Shown here piece by piece: positions 1 through 8,464 of a stretch of DNA of 32,000 nt. The stretch lies in the NCBI GenBank assembly GCA_942493105.1, contig OW818668.1:390001-422000 (forward strand), read 5' to 3'. This DNA comes from an uncultured Erysipelotrichaceae bacterium. GTDB taxonomy: Bacteria > Bacillota_I > Bacilli_A > Erysipelotrichales > Erysipelotrichaceae. The notes beneath the pieces were generated by a model. That model did not search any database and had not been told where the DNA came from. It saw only the letters and a program-made list of their open reading frames with translations. Positions within the stretch are counted from its first letter, which is position 1. Each line of letters opens with the position of its first letter. The translations under genes and the position numbers were made by a program.

Positions 1-33
1 GTTTGTTGCGTATAAAGAACTTGGAGGTTCAAT

Positions 34-282
34 GTGGGTCAACTTAATATTGAAGTGACATTTATTGAAGGACCAAAGAAAGGTCAAGTTTGGATTCATA
101 AGAATCTTTCACTTCCCGATATCTTCGAGTTCTATGAAAGCTGTACACTTAGATTTATTCGAGAGACAAACTCATTTGTATTCGACGACAGTCACCGGAT
201 AGAACTGAGCGAGTTTATGTATACCGTAATCAAGAAGATCGATCCATCAATTAGGATACCAAAACCTCAATTCAAGAACTAG
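34..282 (+). CDS. hypothetical small protein (82 aa)
   Basis: ORF with a GTG start at 34, preceded by GGAGG (23-27) at 6-nt spacing. No recognisable motif. Confidence 0.4.
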   Translation: MGQLNIEVTFIEGPKKGQVWIHKNLSLPDIFEFYESCTLRFIRETNSFVFDDSHRIELSEFMYTVIKKIDPSIRIPKPQFKN

Positions 283-372
283 AATTATAGTATATTTCTA
301 ACGCAACTCCCAACTTCTGGATTACCATCCTGAGTTGATGCTTAATTGCAGTCTAAAAGATCAAAAAACACC

Positions 373-400
373 AAAAGTCCTGGTTCTATAAGGACTTTTT
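373..400 (+). terminator. rho-independent terminator candidate
   Basis: Perfect 9-bp stem aaaagtcct/aggactttt with a 9-nt loop, followed by a T-run. Confidence 0.45.
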
Positions 401-534
401 GTATGTCTGTTTTTCTTGTACCCAATGTTTCTAGTATTTAAATTTCATTGGGGACGTGATTGATGTAAAAGACAACGTGAAAAAAGTCTTATTCTAAAAG
501 GTATTTTACGCTTTTCGGCTTGCCGAAAATGTTC

Positions 535-557
535 AAAAAGTGGGGTACGTCCCCCAC
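535..557 (-). terminator. GC-rich hairpin terminator candidate (minus strand)
   Basis: Stem gtgggg/ccccac with a 6-nt loop. On the minus strand it is followed by TTTTT. Confidence 0.4.
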
Positions 558-663
558 GCCTTATCCTGCTTACTTTACTAGAGACAAAAACAGGCATTTT
601 TGCACTCATTTTTTTAGTATTTTAAGACGTATTTTTTCGCTTATAACAAAAATCATATCAAAT

Positions 664-691
664 AAAAACTGTAATTGTATTACAGTTTTTT
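664..691. terminator. bidirectional terminator hairpin
   Basis: Perfect 12-bp stem aaaaactgtaat/attacagttttt with a 3-nt loop, flanked by A/T runs. Lies about 60 nt downstream of the ACR3-like remnant stop. Confidence 0.55.
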
Positions 692-746
692 CGGACTGAT
701 TATTAAAGTGATCTACCCAATTTTTACAGGAGTGTTGAGACCACTT

Positions 747-902
747 CTAAACTTCTTGAAGTTCAACGACGAGGTCGGGTTTGACTTTAGGTTCTTCAAA
801 CCAATGAGTTGTGTTGTTGGCAATCTTGACAAGAATCAACATGACAGGAACTTCAGTCAGTACACCAACGACAGTCGCTATCCGCCTAAAGACTATGCTT
901 GA
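747..902 (-). pseudogene. C-terminal remnant of an ACR3/BASS-type (arsenite efflux-like) permease
   Basis: The minus-strand frame reads SSIVFRRIATVVGVLTEVPVMLILVKIANNTTHWFEEPKVKPDLVVELQEV*. The VxGxLxEVPVMxxLV segment resembles the conserved ACR3 C-terminal helix (VIGPLVEVPVM/LIGLV). The frame is closed by a stop immediately upstream, so only about 51 codons survive. The provided + ORF 675-902 is its antisense. Confidence 0.4.
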
Positions 903-984
903 TTAGAAGATGTTTAAGATTCTCAAACCCCTTCAAACCCCGCTAATACTATACCAAACCTTACCAGGATTAACGGGTTCATAC

Positions 985-1010
985 CAATTGTATAGTCAAT
1001 TGTATAGTCA
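985..1010. repeat. 12-bp tandem duplication caattgtatagt x2 (+ca)
   Basis: Exact tandem copies at 985-996 and 997-1008. Confidence 0.9.
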
Positions 1011-1087
1011 CAGACAGATGAGAATCTAAACTTTATCACACAACAATCAATGTCTTTTCTACTGATTGCACGTTCATGCATTACAAA

Positions 1088-2275
1088 CTAGAATTTCAAC
1101 ATCAACCATTCAGGTTTCAACACCATCAATATAGCTAAGGAAATCATGACGATGCCTCCGATCAAATGTGCCCATCGGGAGTACTTGGTCGAGATGCCGG
1201 TCAACTGTGTAGTTTTCATCGCAATGACGAAAATGATAACGTCATCAGCTATAAAGAACGCAAGATAAAGAAGTAAATACAAGATTCTTTCAATACCGGT
1301 CATATTTTGAATTGATAGAACCTGAGTGTATAGAACCGGTAACCCGGCAGAGCATATCAACTCAACTAAATTTACCGATATCGCCAAAGCCATGACACCT
1401 AAAGATGCTAATACAAAGACACGCTGGCTGAAAATTTCTTTAATACGTTTTGAGATTTTTTTGCGCTTTCGATCATCGATGACTTCACAGCCAGGAGGAG
1501 TAACGATATACTCTCTAATGTTGAAGGCTCCTCCGGCCAGTGCAATTGCCGCAATGAACCAGCGTAAATACGTGATCGTCCCGAAAAGTACTGTTATATT
1601 GAGCCATGTTAGCATAAAACTGAAATACATAACTCCAGTAGTGGCTAGGAATAGTCCTCCTAAGAACCATCGCTTCCATGATTGTTCAAGATGAAACAGC
1701 ATACTAATCAATAGTAAAAGCACCCACATCGCACAAGGATTAAATCCGTCAAGTGTTCCCAATAAGATACCCAGCAGTGGCAGGGATATGCTTTTCGCAT
1801 TTACCTCCCCGAAAAACGGTAAGGTAATTATGGCATTATCCGGATCTATATCTACGCCAGTTCCCGGCTTGACAAATCCTAAAAGCTCTCCAATAACATC
1901 CTTGCCGTTGTTGTCTCGGAAATATTTCAAAGATGCTTTTATATTAGCTTCCGTCGATCCCTTATTAAATCCAACGATAAGTTTCCGTCCGATAACCAAT
2001 GTGGGAGCAGATTTTATTTCTATACCGAGGATTTCATCGAGTTGCTTTATAAGTTGCTGATTGTCTTTATCAAATGCAATCTCATAACGATGAATGACCA
2101 GATTTGGATCAGATGCTTCTAATTGATCAAGGTAAACTGCTTCTGCCGCACAAAAGCTACAGCCTTCTGCGTGAAAGAAGTAAATGTGGGTTTTATCATC
2201 ATATGCCTTAACCGATATTCCGCTGGTAAACATTACAGTCATTATGGCTAAGATCAATAGTATTTTTTTAGTCAT
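1088..2275 (-). CDS. membrane thiol-disulfide oxidoreductase-like protein: signal peptide, Trx/Grx-fold domain (CSFC) and a polytopic membrane domain with a conserved Cys (GFNPCAMW)
   Basis: 395-aa ORF. It has an N-terminal signal/TM segment, a CxxC motif in an HAEGCSFCAAE context and at least 6 hydrophobic helices. A DsbD/CcdA-like electron-transfer role is inferred, not shown. Confidence 0.55.
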   Translation of the reverse strand: MTKKILLILAIMTVMFTSGISVKAYDDKTHIYFFHAEGCSFCAAEAVYLDQLEASDPNLVIHRYEIAFDKDNQQLIKQLDEILGIEIKSAPTLVIGRKLIVGFNKGSTEANIKASLKYFRDNNGKDVIGELLGFVKPGTGVDIDPDNAIITLPFFGEVNAKSISLPLLGILLGTLDGFNPCAMWVLLLLISMLFHLEQSWKRWFLGGLFLATTGVMYFSFMLTWLNITVLFGTITYLRWFIAAIALAGGAFNIREYIVTPPGCEVIDDRKRKKISKRIKEIFSQRVFVLASLGVMALAISVNLVELICSAGLPVLYTQVLSIQNMTGIERILYLLLYLAFFIADDVIIFVIAMKTTQLTGISTKYSRWAHLIGGIVMISLAILMVLKPEWLMLKF

Positions 2276-2419
2276 GATGGGATTCGCTTTCTAACGCGTT
2301 TTGGCCATTCTTGCCAGCGTCCGGTCTATTCTCAAACTCGCTTATCAGTGTTGTTGAACATTGATTGGCTCGCTAAAATTCTAAACCAATGTTCTATTGA
2401 GGGTGATCTATGTATAATC

Positions 2420-2447
2420 AAGCAATTGACAAATTGTCCAATTGCTT
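2420..2447. repeat. 28-nt near-perfect palindrome (aagcaattg-acaaattgtc-caattgctt)
   Basis: 9-bp perfect outer arms plus inner gaca/tgtc pairing. Lies between the cadA stop (2545) and the start of the 1088-2275 gene (2275). Confidence 0.8.
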
Positions 2448-2544
2448 TTGTGAGTTCCTGTAATTCTAAACGATTTAAATACATGCTGAAGGGGGAGTCG
2501 ATACAGAGCTGGAGAATACCATATTCGTCTTATTCGTACAATTT

Positions 2545-4917
2545 CTATAAGTTTTTTACATTCATTACTCGCATTGCATTAAATACGGCCAGCAACGCAA
2601 CTCCGGTATCGGCGAATACGGCTTCCCACATCGTAGAGATCCCATATGCCCCTAACACCAAGAAAACCAATTTTACCGCCATTGCAAAGAATATATTCTG
2701 AAGGACGATTTTTCGAGTCTTTCGAGCAACGCGAATCGCTGTTGCCACTTTAGAAGGTTCATCCGTCATAATAACAATATCTGCTGCTTCGATAGCAGCA
2801 TCAGAACCTAATCCCCCCATTGCAATTCCGATATCAGCTCTCGCTAAAACTGGGGCATCATTAATCCCATCACCAACAAATATAACCTTTCCCTTCTTCG
2901 ATTTTGTTTCACTCAGTTTTTCAAGTTGATCCACTTTATCGGCAGGCAACAATTCAGAGTAAACTTCGTCAATTCCAAGAAGCTTTCCAATCTTTTCGCC
3001 AACTACTTTGGTATCGCCAGTTAACATAGCAATTTTGTGAATACCAAGTGATTTTAATGCCTTAATCGCTTCTGCTGCATCCGTTTTCACTTCATCCGAA
3101 ACGACGATGTAACCCGCATATTTGTGGTCTATGCCCACATGGACGATCGTCCCTAACGTATCGGGATTATTGACTTCTATGTTCTGCAATGCCATCAGCT
3201 TTGTATTTCCAACTAGAATCTCTTTCCCTTTAACCGATACCTTCATCCCGTGTCCTGGGATTTCTTCATAATCACTCACTAGATCACCATCAATACTTTT
3301 TCCATACGCGACCATGATTGATTGTGCAATCGGGTGATTGGACAAACTTTCAGCATAAGCAACAGTTTCAACCAGTTCGTCACTGGAATAGCCACCCTGC
3401 GAGTTTACCTCAGTCACTTTGAAAACACCTTTGGTTAATGTACCCGTTTTATCAAAAACGACTGTTTCAACATTGTTTAGAGCATCTAGATAATTACTGC
3501 CTTTAACTAAAATCCCTCGCTTCGACGCGCCACCAATGCCTCCAAAGAATCCTAAAGGTATTGAAATCACCAAGGCACAAGGACAAGAAATTACCAAGAA
3601 AACAAGCGCTCTATAAACCCAAGTTTCAAATGTAGCACCTGGGATCGTCAGAGGAGGAATAATGGCCAATGCTAACGCAGCAAATACCACAACAGGTGTA
3701 TAGTATTCTGCAAACCTGGTAATAAACTTCTCGGTAGGTGCTTTTTTGCTGCTGGCATTTTGGATCAAATCAAGGATCTTAGTCACGGTTGACTCAGCAA
3801 AACTTTTGGTTACTTCAATTGTCAGAACACCATTTTTATTGATAAATCCACTAAGCGCAACACTTCCAACTTCAAGTTCTCTTGGAACCGATTCACCCGT
3901 AAGTGAGGCTGTGTCAACCATGGAGCGCCCTTCAATGACTTGACCGTCAAGTGGAATTCGTTCACCTGGTTTGACTACAATGATGTCGCCAACATTGACT
4001 TCTTCCGGCGAGACCTTCTTAAGATCGTTATCAGTTTTAAGGTTTGCATAATCAGGTCTAATATCCATTAATGAAGTTATTGACTTTCTGGAATGGCCAA
4101 CTGCTAAATCTTGAAATAGTTCACCCACCATATAAAAGAGCATAACGGCAACCCCTTCAGGGTATTGCCCAATAGCAAAGGCACCAATTGTTGCAACACT
4201 CATCAGGAAAAACTCGCTAAACACTTGTCCTCGCACGATACCCTTAACTGCCCGTATGACGACATCACCACCGACAATCAAGTAACTCAGCATAAAAACC
4301 AGGAACTCAAAGGGTTCCGGGAACGCAAAAATCAACCCAATCGCATAGATCAAACCGCCTATTACGAACTTGATAACTTTCTTTTTGATATCCTCATTTT
4401 CATCTTCTATCTCTTCAGCTTTCACTTTGACGTTTTCAAGTGACGAATTTTTTGTAGCTTTAGTCTGAAGAATCTTTATATCTGGTTCAATTTTTTTCGC
4501 AATTTCAGAAACCTTCGAGTTCAGGGAGACAAGATCAACACCGTCATGAGTTCTCATGGTTAATTTCTGAGTAACAAAATCTACGTTGACTGATCTAACC
4601 CCTTCTAATCTACTAACTTCATTTTCAATTCTTGTTGCACAACTGGCGCAAGAGAGTCCCTCAAAATCAACAATCTGATTCACAGCTTTACGATTTTCTT
4701 GTTCAACCATGACAACATCCGGTTCATATTTACTGATAATTTTTTTAGCAGCCGAGATTGTAGACTCAACTTTAGTTAGTTCCATGTTAAGCGTCATAGT
4801 TTTCGTCGCTACATTTACTGACGCATCAACACCGTCTAGTTTATTAATGTCATTCTCGATCTTTGCTGCACAATTGGCACAATCAAGCTCTTTAAGTAAA
4901 AACGTTCTTGTTTCCAT
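2545..4917 (-). CDS. cadA: P1B-type heavy-metal ATPase, Cd/Zn/Pb (CadA-like), with two N-terminal HMA domains
   Basis: HMA motifs DCANCAAKIE and LSCASCATRIE, TM CPC motif (SCPCALVISIP), DKTGTLT phosphorylation site and the GDGINDAP hinge. Sits directly downstream of a CadC-like ArsR/SmtB regulator. Confidence 0.9.
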   Translation of the reverse strand: METRTFLLKELDCANCAAKIENDINKLDGVDASVNVATKTMTLNMELTKVESTISAAKKIISKYEPDVVMVEQENRKAVNQIVDFEGLSCASCATRIENEVSRLEGVRSVNVDFVTQKLTMRTHDGVDLVSLNSKVSEIAKKIEPDIKILQTKATKNSSLENVKVKAEEIEDENEDIKKKVIKFVIGGLIYAIGLIFAFPEPFEFLVFMLSYLIVGGDVVIRAVKGIVRGQVFSEFFLMSVATIGAFAIGQYPEGVAVMLFYMVGELFQDLAVGHSRKSITSLMDIRPDYANLKTDNDLKKVSPEEVNVGDIIVVKPGERIPLDGQVIEGRSMVDTASLTGESVPRELEVGSVALSGFINKNGVLTIEVTKSFAESTVTKILDLIQNASSKKAPTEKFITRFAEYYTPVVVFAALALAIIPPLTIPGATFETWVYRALVFLVISCPCALVISIPLGFFGGIGGASKRGILVKGSNYLDALNNVETVVFDKTGTLTKGVFKVTEVNSQGGYSSDELVETVAYAESLSNHPIAQSIMVAYGKSIDGDLVSDYEEIPGHGMKVSVKGKEILVGNTKLMALQNIEVNNPDTLGTIVHVGIDHKYAGYIVVSDEVKTDAAEAIKALKSLGIHKIAMLTGDTKVVGEKIGKLLGIDEVYSELLPADKVDQLEKLSETKSKKGKVIFVGDGINDAPVLARADIGIAMGGLGSDAAIEAADIVIMTDEPSKVATAIRVARKTRKIVLQNIFFAMAVKLVFLVLGAYGISTMWEAVFADTGVALLAVFNAMRVMNVKNL

Positions 4918-4919
4918 TT

Positions 4920-5294
4920 TTATTCGTCTCCTTCCGAGATGTGGATCATTCCCTGGTTAAATATATTTTTGACATGATCATCACTTAAGGAATAATAAAC
5001 GATCTTGCCCTCTCTTCTAGACTTCACCAAATTAACTTGTTTTAAAACTTTTAATTGATGAGAAATCGCAGATTGAGTCATGTTGAGCAGAACTGAAATA
5101 TCGCAAACACAAAGCTCTGATTCGTCTAGCGCCCAGAGTATTTTGACCCGGGTTGAATCACTAAAGATCTTGAATAACTCTGCAAGATTAAACAAAACCT
5201 CTTCATTCGGCATCTTAGTTCTCACATGATTCACGATTTCATCATGAATCACGACACAATCACACTGTTCTACTATTTGATTTCTTTCTGCCAC
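4920..5294 (-). CDS. cadC: ArsR/SmtB-family metalloregulator (CadC-like)
   Basis: Has ELCVCDISVLL...SAISHQLKVL (an HTH with a CVC metal site) and N-terminal Cys residues (EQCDCVV). I place the start at GTG 5294, which has GGAGG at 5304-5308. The ORF-track ATG at 5330 has no SD and would sit about 13 nt from the predicted TSS. Confidence 0.85.
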   Translation of the reverse strand: MAERNQIVEQCDCVVIHDEIVNHVRTKMPNEEVLFNLAELFKIFSDSTRVKILWALDESELCVCDISVLLNMTQSAISHQLKVLKQVNLVKSRREGKIVYYSLSDDHVKNIFNQGMIHISEGDE

Positions 5295-5325
5295 TGTCTG
5301 TTTCCTCCAGAATCTTGAACACTTG

Positions 5326-5379
5326 AACATATATTCATATGTTGTCTAGATTATAATACATGATTAAAGCTATTGTCAA
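5326..5379 (-). promoter_or_regulatory. cad promoter with an overlapping inverted-repeat operator
   Basis: Minus strand: TTGACA (5379-5374), 18-nt spacer, TATAAT (5355-5350). A 7-4-7 inverted repeat AACATAT-gaat-ATATGTT (5343-5326) follows at about +1 to +18, the usual position for an ArsR/SmtB operator. Confidence 0.65.
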
Positions 5380-5491
5380 ATCATTCGCCAATTAATCACT
5401 TATATTTAGAAATACCATTATCATCCGTGAGACTAGTCACTTTATTTCGAATTACTTAAATTTGTTAAATTATGTTTATTGCCGATATCCC

Positions 5492-5520
5492 TTGAAAGTG
5501 GTTACATATTCTGATATATT
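5492..5520 (+). promoter_or_regulatory. sigma-A-type promoter for the M23 peptidase gene
   Basis: TTGAAA (5492-5497), 17-nt spacer, TATATT (5515-5520). About 100 nt upstream of the ATG at 5624, which has an AAGGAGG SD. Confidence 0.55.
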
Positions 5521-5623
5521 TTAGCGCATGAGTTGTGGGGATCATTTGTATCGTTGATCAATGTGTAGAAAAGATAGCTTATTGTGAAATGTATCCAATT
5601 GGTTTTGGATCATCTAAGGAGGA

Positions 5624-6763
5624 ATGGCATTGTCACGTAAACTAAAATATGGTTTCTTTTTTATTTTTGCCTTTACTGCCGTCATAGTCATCGGTAACTT
5701 AAGCGTTAGTGCTTATAAAGAAAGTTTAAAGGTTGATGCTTTTGAATTGAGTGTTGATGGCAATGTTTGGTTTGTCGTTGAAGATAAAGTTGGTTTAGAA
5801 AACATAATAGAAACATACAAATCAAGTTATCTCAAAGGCATTAATGAAAATGCAGAAAAAGTTGTTACAACGTTTGAACAGGATGTTCAAATTAAAGAGG
5901 TAAGAGTCGATAAAATCGAATTGACAACTCTTGAGTATGCCCAAGAAATGATCACAGCCATCGACAAAGAAGCGACAATTTATACAGTCGTGCGCGGAGA
6001 TAGTCTTTGGGCTATTGCTGACAAACAGGATATTCCACTTTCCACCATTAAGAGTCTTAATCCGAATCTAGATATGATTTACGCCGGGAACAAAATTATA
6101 TTAGAACCTAAGGATCCTGTTTTGGATGTGATTGTCAGCTTTCAAAGCGTAGTAACTGAAACTGTCCCTTATCCCATCGAGTACATAAAGGATGCCAGTC
6201 TTTACTCGGGTGCTCGGGTCGTGATAAAGAAAGGTATTGATGGATCCAAAGTCGTTACATATTCTGTTCGCGTCCGTAATGGATATACAAGCGAATCAAG
6301 CGTGTTACATGAAACAGAAATTTCCACACCTGTTGGCGGTGTGGTCAAAGTTGGGACCCTGAAAACGCTAGCCAAAGTTAGCAATTCAAACTTTGGAGTT
6401 ACTACTGGTCAACTCTCGAGTGATTTTGGATGGAGAACAGATCCGATATCTGGGGTTAAACGATACCATAATGGCCTTGACATTGCCTCGAATTATGGAA
6501 ATCCAATTTACGCTTATACCAACGGCACCATAACCGAAGCAGGATGGAATGATAATAAAGGCTACTATATAACGATTCAGCATAGTGGAGGGCTAAAAAC
6601 CAGTTATCTTCACATGTCGAAAATCCTTGTTAGAAAGGGCCAAAGTGTCACAGTGGGTCAGAAAATTGGTCAAGTAGGCTCCACTGGTTACAGTACTGGG
6701 AACCATTTACACTTCAGTGTCATTAAAAACGGTACATACTTTAGACCATGGAATTATTTGTAA
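5624..6763 (+). CDS. secreted LysM + M23 (LytM-type) peptidoglycan endopeptidase
   Basis: N-terminal TM/signal segment, LysM motif (YTVVRGDSLWAIADKQDIPLSTIKSLNPNL), a G5-like segment (KKGIDGSKVVTYSVRVRNG) and M23 catalytic motifs (HNGLDIA ... GNHLHFSV). Confidence 0.9.
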   Translation: MALSRKLKYGFFFIFAFTAVIVIGNLSVSAYKESLKVDAFELSVDGNVWFVVEDKVGLENIIETYKSSYLKGINENAEKVVTTFEQDVQIKEVRVDKIELTTLEYAQEMITAIDKEATIYTVVRGDSLWAIADKQDIPLSTIKSLNPNLDMIYAGNKIILEPKDPVLDVIVSFQSVVTETVPYPIEYIKDASLYSGARVVIKKGIDGSKVVTYSVRVRNGYTSESSVLHETEISTPVGGVVKVGTLKTLAKVSNSNFGVTTGQLSSDFGWRTDPISGVKRYHNGLDIASNYGNPIYAYTNGTITEAGWNDNKGYYITIQHSGGLKTSYLHMSKILVRKGQSVTVGQKIGQVGSTGYSTGNHLHFSVIKNGTYFRPWNYL

Positions 6764-6820
6764 GTGAAAGATTAACCCTTCCAAAAGCCAATTTTGATTA
6801 ATCGAAATCTATATTAATGC

Positions 6821-6851
6821 AAAAAGTGCTCTTGTTTGAGAGCACTTTTTT
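6821..6851. terminator. bidirectional terminator between convergent genes
   Basis: Perfect 12-bp stem aaaaagtgctct/agagcacttttt with a 6-nt loop and A/T runs on both sides. Confidence 0.75.
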
Positions 6852-6984
6852 ATTTGTGATGATGGTTTGATTTCAAATGTCATCGCCCAACAAATGCTAT
6901 GAATTTGCTGCTTGAGTAGGTCACTTTGCATAAAACAAAGAATTTGAGCAACTTCCGAGCTACAGACAACGAATATTGGGTATC

Positions 6985-7470
6985 TCAGTTATCGATCAAG
7001 CCTTTTGCTTTAAGTACATCAATCAGTTTAGCCGTATATAAGTTGATGTGTTCTTCCAAGAACCCAGTATCATCTCCCACTAGGACTTCCGGCGTAAACG
7101 ATTCTTTGACTACGCCGTCAATAACCACGACATAAGTTGGTGTTGCCTGCGGTTGAGCCATTATTTTATAAATTTTCGCAAGCTGTTCTTTCGAGGTCTT
7201 ATCCATTTCGATATAATAGATTGGTTGTTCAGTGCGGCGCACGACCTCACTGTTGATCGGCTTCATAAACTGACAGGCTGAACACCATGAATTCGCGAAA
7301 TAGAATAAGAAGCTTTCTTTGTTTTCGATCAGCTCGATTATGTAAGTTGGTTTTACTTGAGTGACTTCCGTCGTAGATCCTGGTTTGTCAGATAATTTGG
7401 AGGGAATGCCACCTGAACATCCCGTCAGAAGTAAGCCTAAAATTGCACTAAGTATGATAAATTTTTTCAT
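6985..7470 (-). CDS. thioredoxin-fold lipoprotein (WCSAC active site)
   Basis: Lipobox LLTGCSG after a signal peptide, and a CxxC motif in a NSWCSACQ context typical of extracytoplasmic TlpA/ResA-like thioredoxins. Confidence 0.8.
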   Translation of the reverse strand: MKKFIILSAILGLLLTGCSGGIPSKLSDKPGSTTEVTQVKPTYIIELIENKESFLFYFANSWCSACQFMKPINSEVVRRTEQPIYYIEMDKTSKEQLAKIYKIMAQPQATPTYVVVIDGVVKESFTPEVLVGDDTGFLEEHINLYTAKLIDVLKAKGLIDN

Positions 7471-8382
7471 TTCTTTCCTTGCTTTCCGTGAAGTGTGGAG
7501 TTAGTGCCGCCTGTGGCAGTAGTGAACTCGACGATTCTGCACTTAATAAACCGACTCGATTACCCTGGTTGACCATCATTGGTCATTTGACATTTGCATC
7601 AGTCGATTAAAACAAACTCGATCAAAGTAACTGAGGCATAGAGTTTTAAAACATTTAGTCACTTGGGTTTTGTTTAGAGTAATAACCTCCCGTGAATAAA
7701 CATTTGAACAACGGTTCATATGTAGTTCATCATAAAGAAACACACTCATAAAGTCAATAGGTTATTTACCTTAATCCAGTCTATACTTCTTTAACAATTC
7801 TCCGATTAGCTACAACCACCAATCAACTCTGCGTGATATCCAAACAATCTAGGAAACGTACACATCCAAAATCTAAGTTGATCCATATTTGCGACTCCAA
7901 TTCTCATGTTCTCCGCTATAGTTAACAAACCCGCTAAATCAGTGGGTTTGTTGATGGTCAGAGAGCATTTTAACCATACAATGACCATAAAAACTATTCT
8001 CACTTTAAACGAGCCTAAGGGGAGCAGATTATGAGATTTGAATTTCTCCCTATCACCGCTTTACCAGGTCTTCAAACCCAATAAATCCTCAAAAATCATA
8101 TACTCTTTTACTGGCTCTTACATTTTATATAGTCAGAAGAATGTTATTATCGTAACGTTATACCACTATGATATTAAGCAAAAGGACTTTGCTTTTCTCA
8201 ACACATCCCAATCCAAGAGATCATCAGAAACAAGGACTCACAATTTGATAGTGATCTCGTCAATGTTTTCGTTAAACTATTCAAAGTTGCACGGATTTGA
8301 GCATAAAAATTTAGGAACTAGTCATTTGATCAGATCCCCGACAAATAATGATTAGTTACACCCTAACTACTGAGTAAATAGT

Positions 8383-8414
8383 AAAAAGTTGATCTACAAT
8401 AGATCAACTTTTTT
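8383..8414. terminator. terminator downstream of the FTR1 gene
   Basis: 13-bp perfect stem aaaaagttgatct/agatcaacttttt with a 5-nt loop. Confidence 0.75.
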
Positions 8415-8464
8415 GCGTTTGGTCAAATGCCTAAAGCCCTGCTTCAACTAATCTAGCTTTACAT

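Noticed and set aside
341-351. The 10-11-nt match cttaattgcag / ttaattgcag between 341-351 and 26001-26010, considered as candidate att core repeats.
   Set aside because: Matches of this length are expected by chance many times in 32 kb of AT-rich DNA, and neither copy adjoins the tRNA end.
537-560. The GC-rich palindrome gtggggtacgtcccccac, considered as a CsoR-type operator or an integrase arm site related to TTGGGGGAAT.
   Set aside because: On the minus strand it is followed by a T-run, so it is better explained as a terminator hairpin. Its similarity to the 26054-26074 repeats is limited to TGGGG.
675-902. 75-aa plus-strand ORF.
   Set aside because: It is the antisense of the ACR3-like remnant, which gives a recognisable motif on the minus strand. 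It has no SD.
1326-2060. Plus-strand ORFs 1326-1694 and 1788-2060. Similar antisense ORFs lie inside other large genes, for example 3746-3943, 4165-4443, 4709-4960, 17023-17229, 17714-18529, 18814-19107, 19720-19929, 20407-20700 and 21531-21875.
   Set aside because: They lie entirely antisense to, or out of frame within, strongly supported genes. They have low-complexity translations, no SD and no motifs.
5574-5580. A TGTAGAA heptamer upstream of the M23 peptidase gene, considered as a sixth regulon member.
   Set aside because: It is in the opposite orientation relative to the gene, has no partner repeat at 11 bp, and sits downstream of the predicted -10.
7716-7740. A degenerate AACTACA-TATG-AACCGTT element (minus strand) upstream of the Trx lipoprotein gene.
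   Set aside because: The proximal half-site does not match, and the hexamer at the fixed 11-bp distance (TATTCA) is a poor -10. The element lies about 260 nt from the start codon.
7806-8355. ORFs 7806-8003 (minus) and 8038-8355 (plus) in the 1-kb gap, plus a 17-aa ORF at 8031-8084 with a GGGGAG SD.
   Set aside because: The two longer ORFs have no SD, and their translations are low-complexity or unrecognisable. The 17-aa ORF has an SD but no promoter, terminator or motif to support it.
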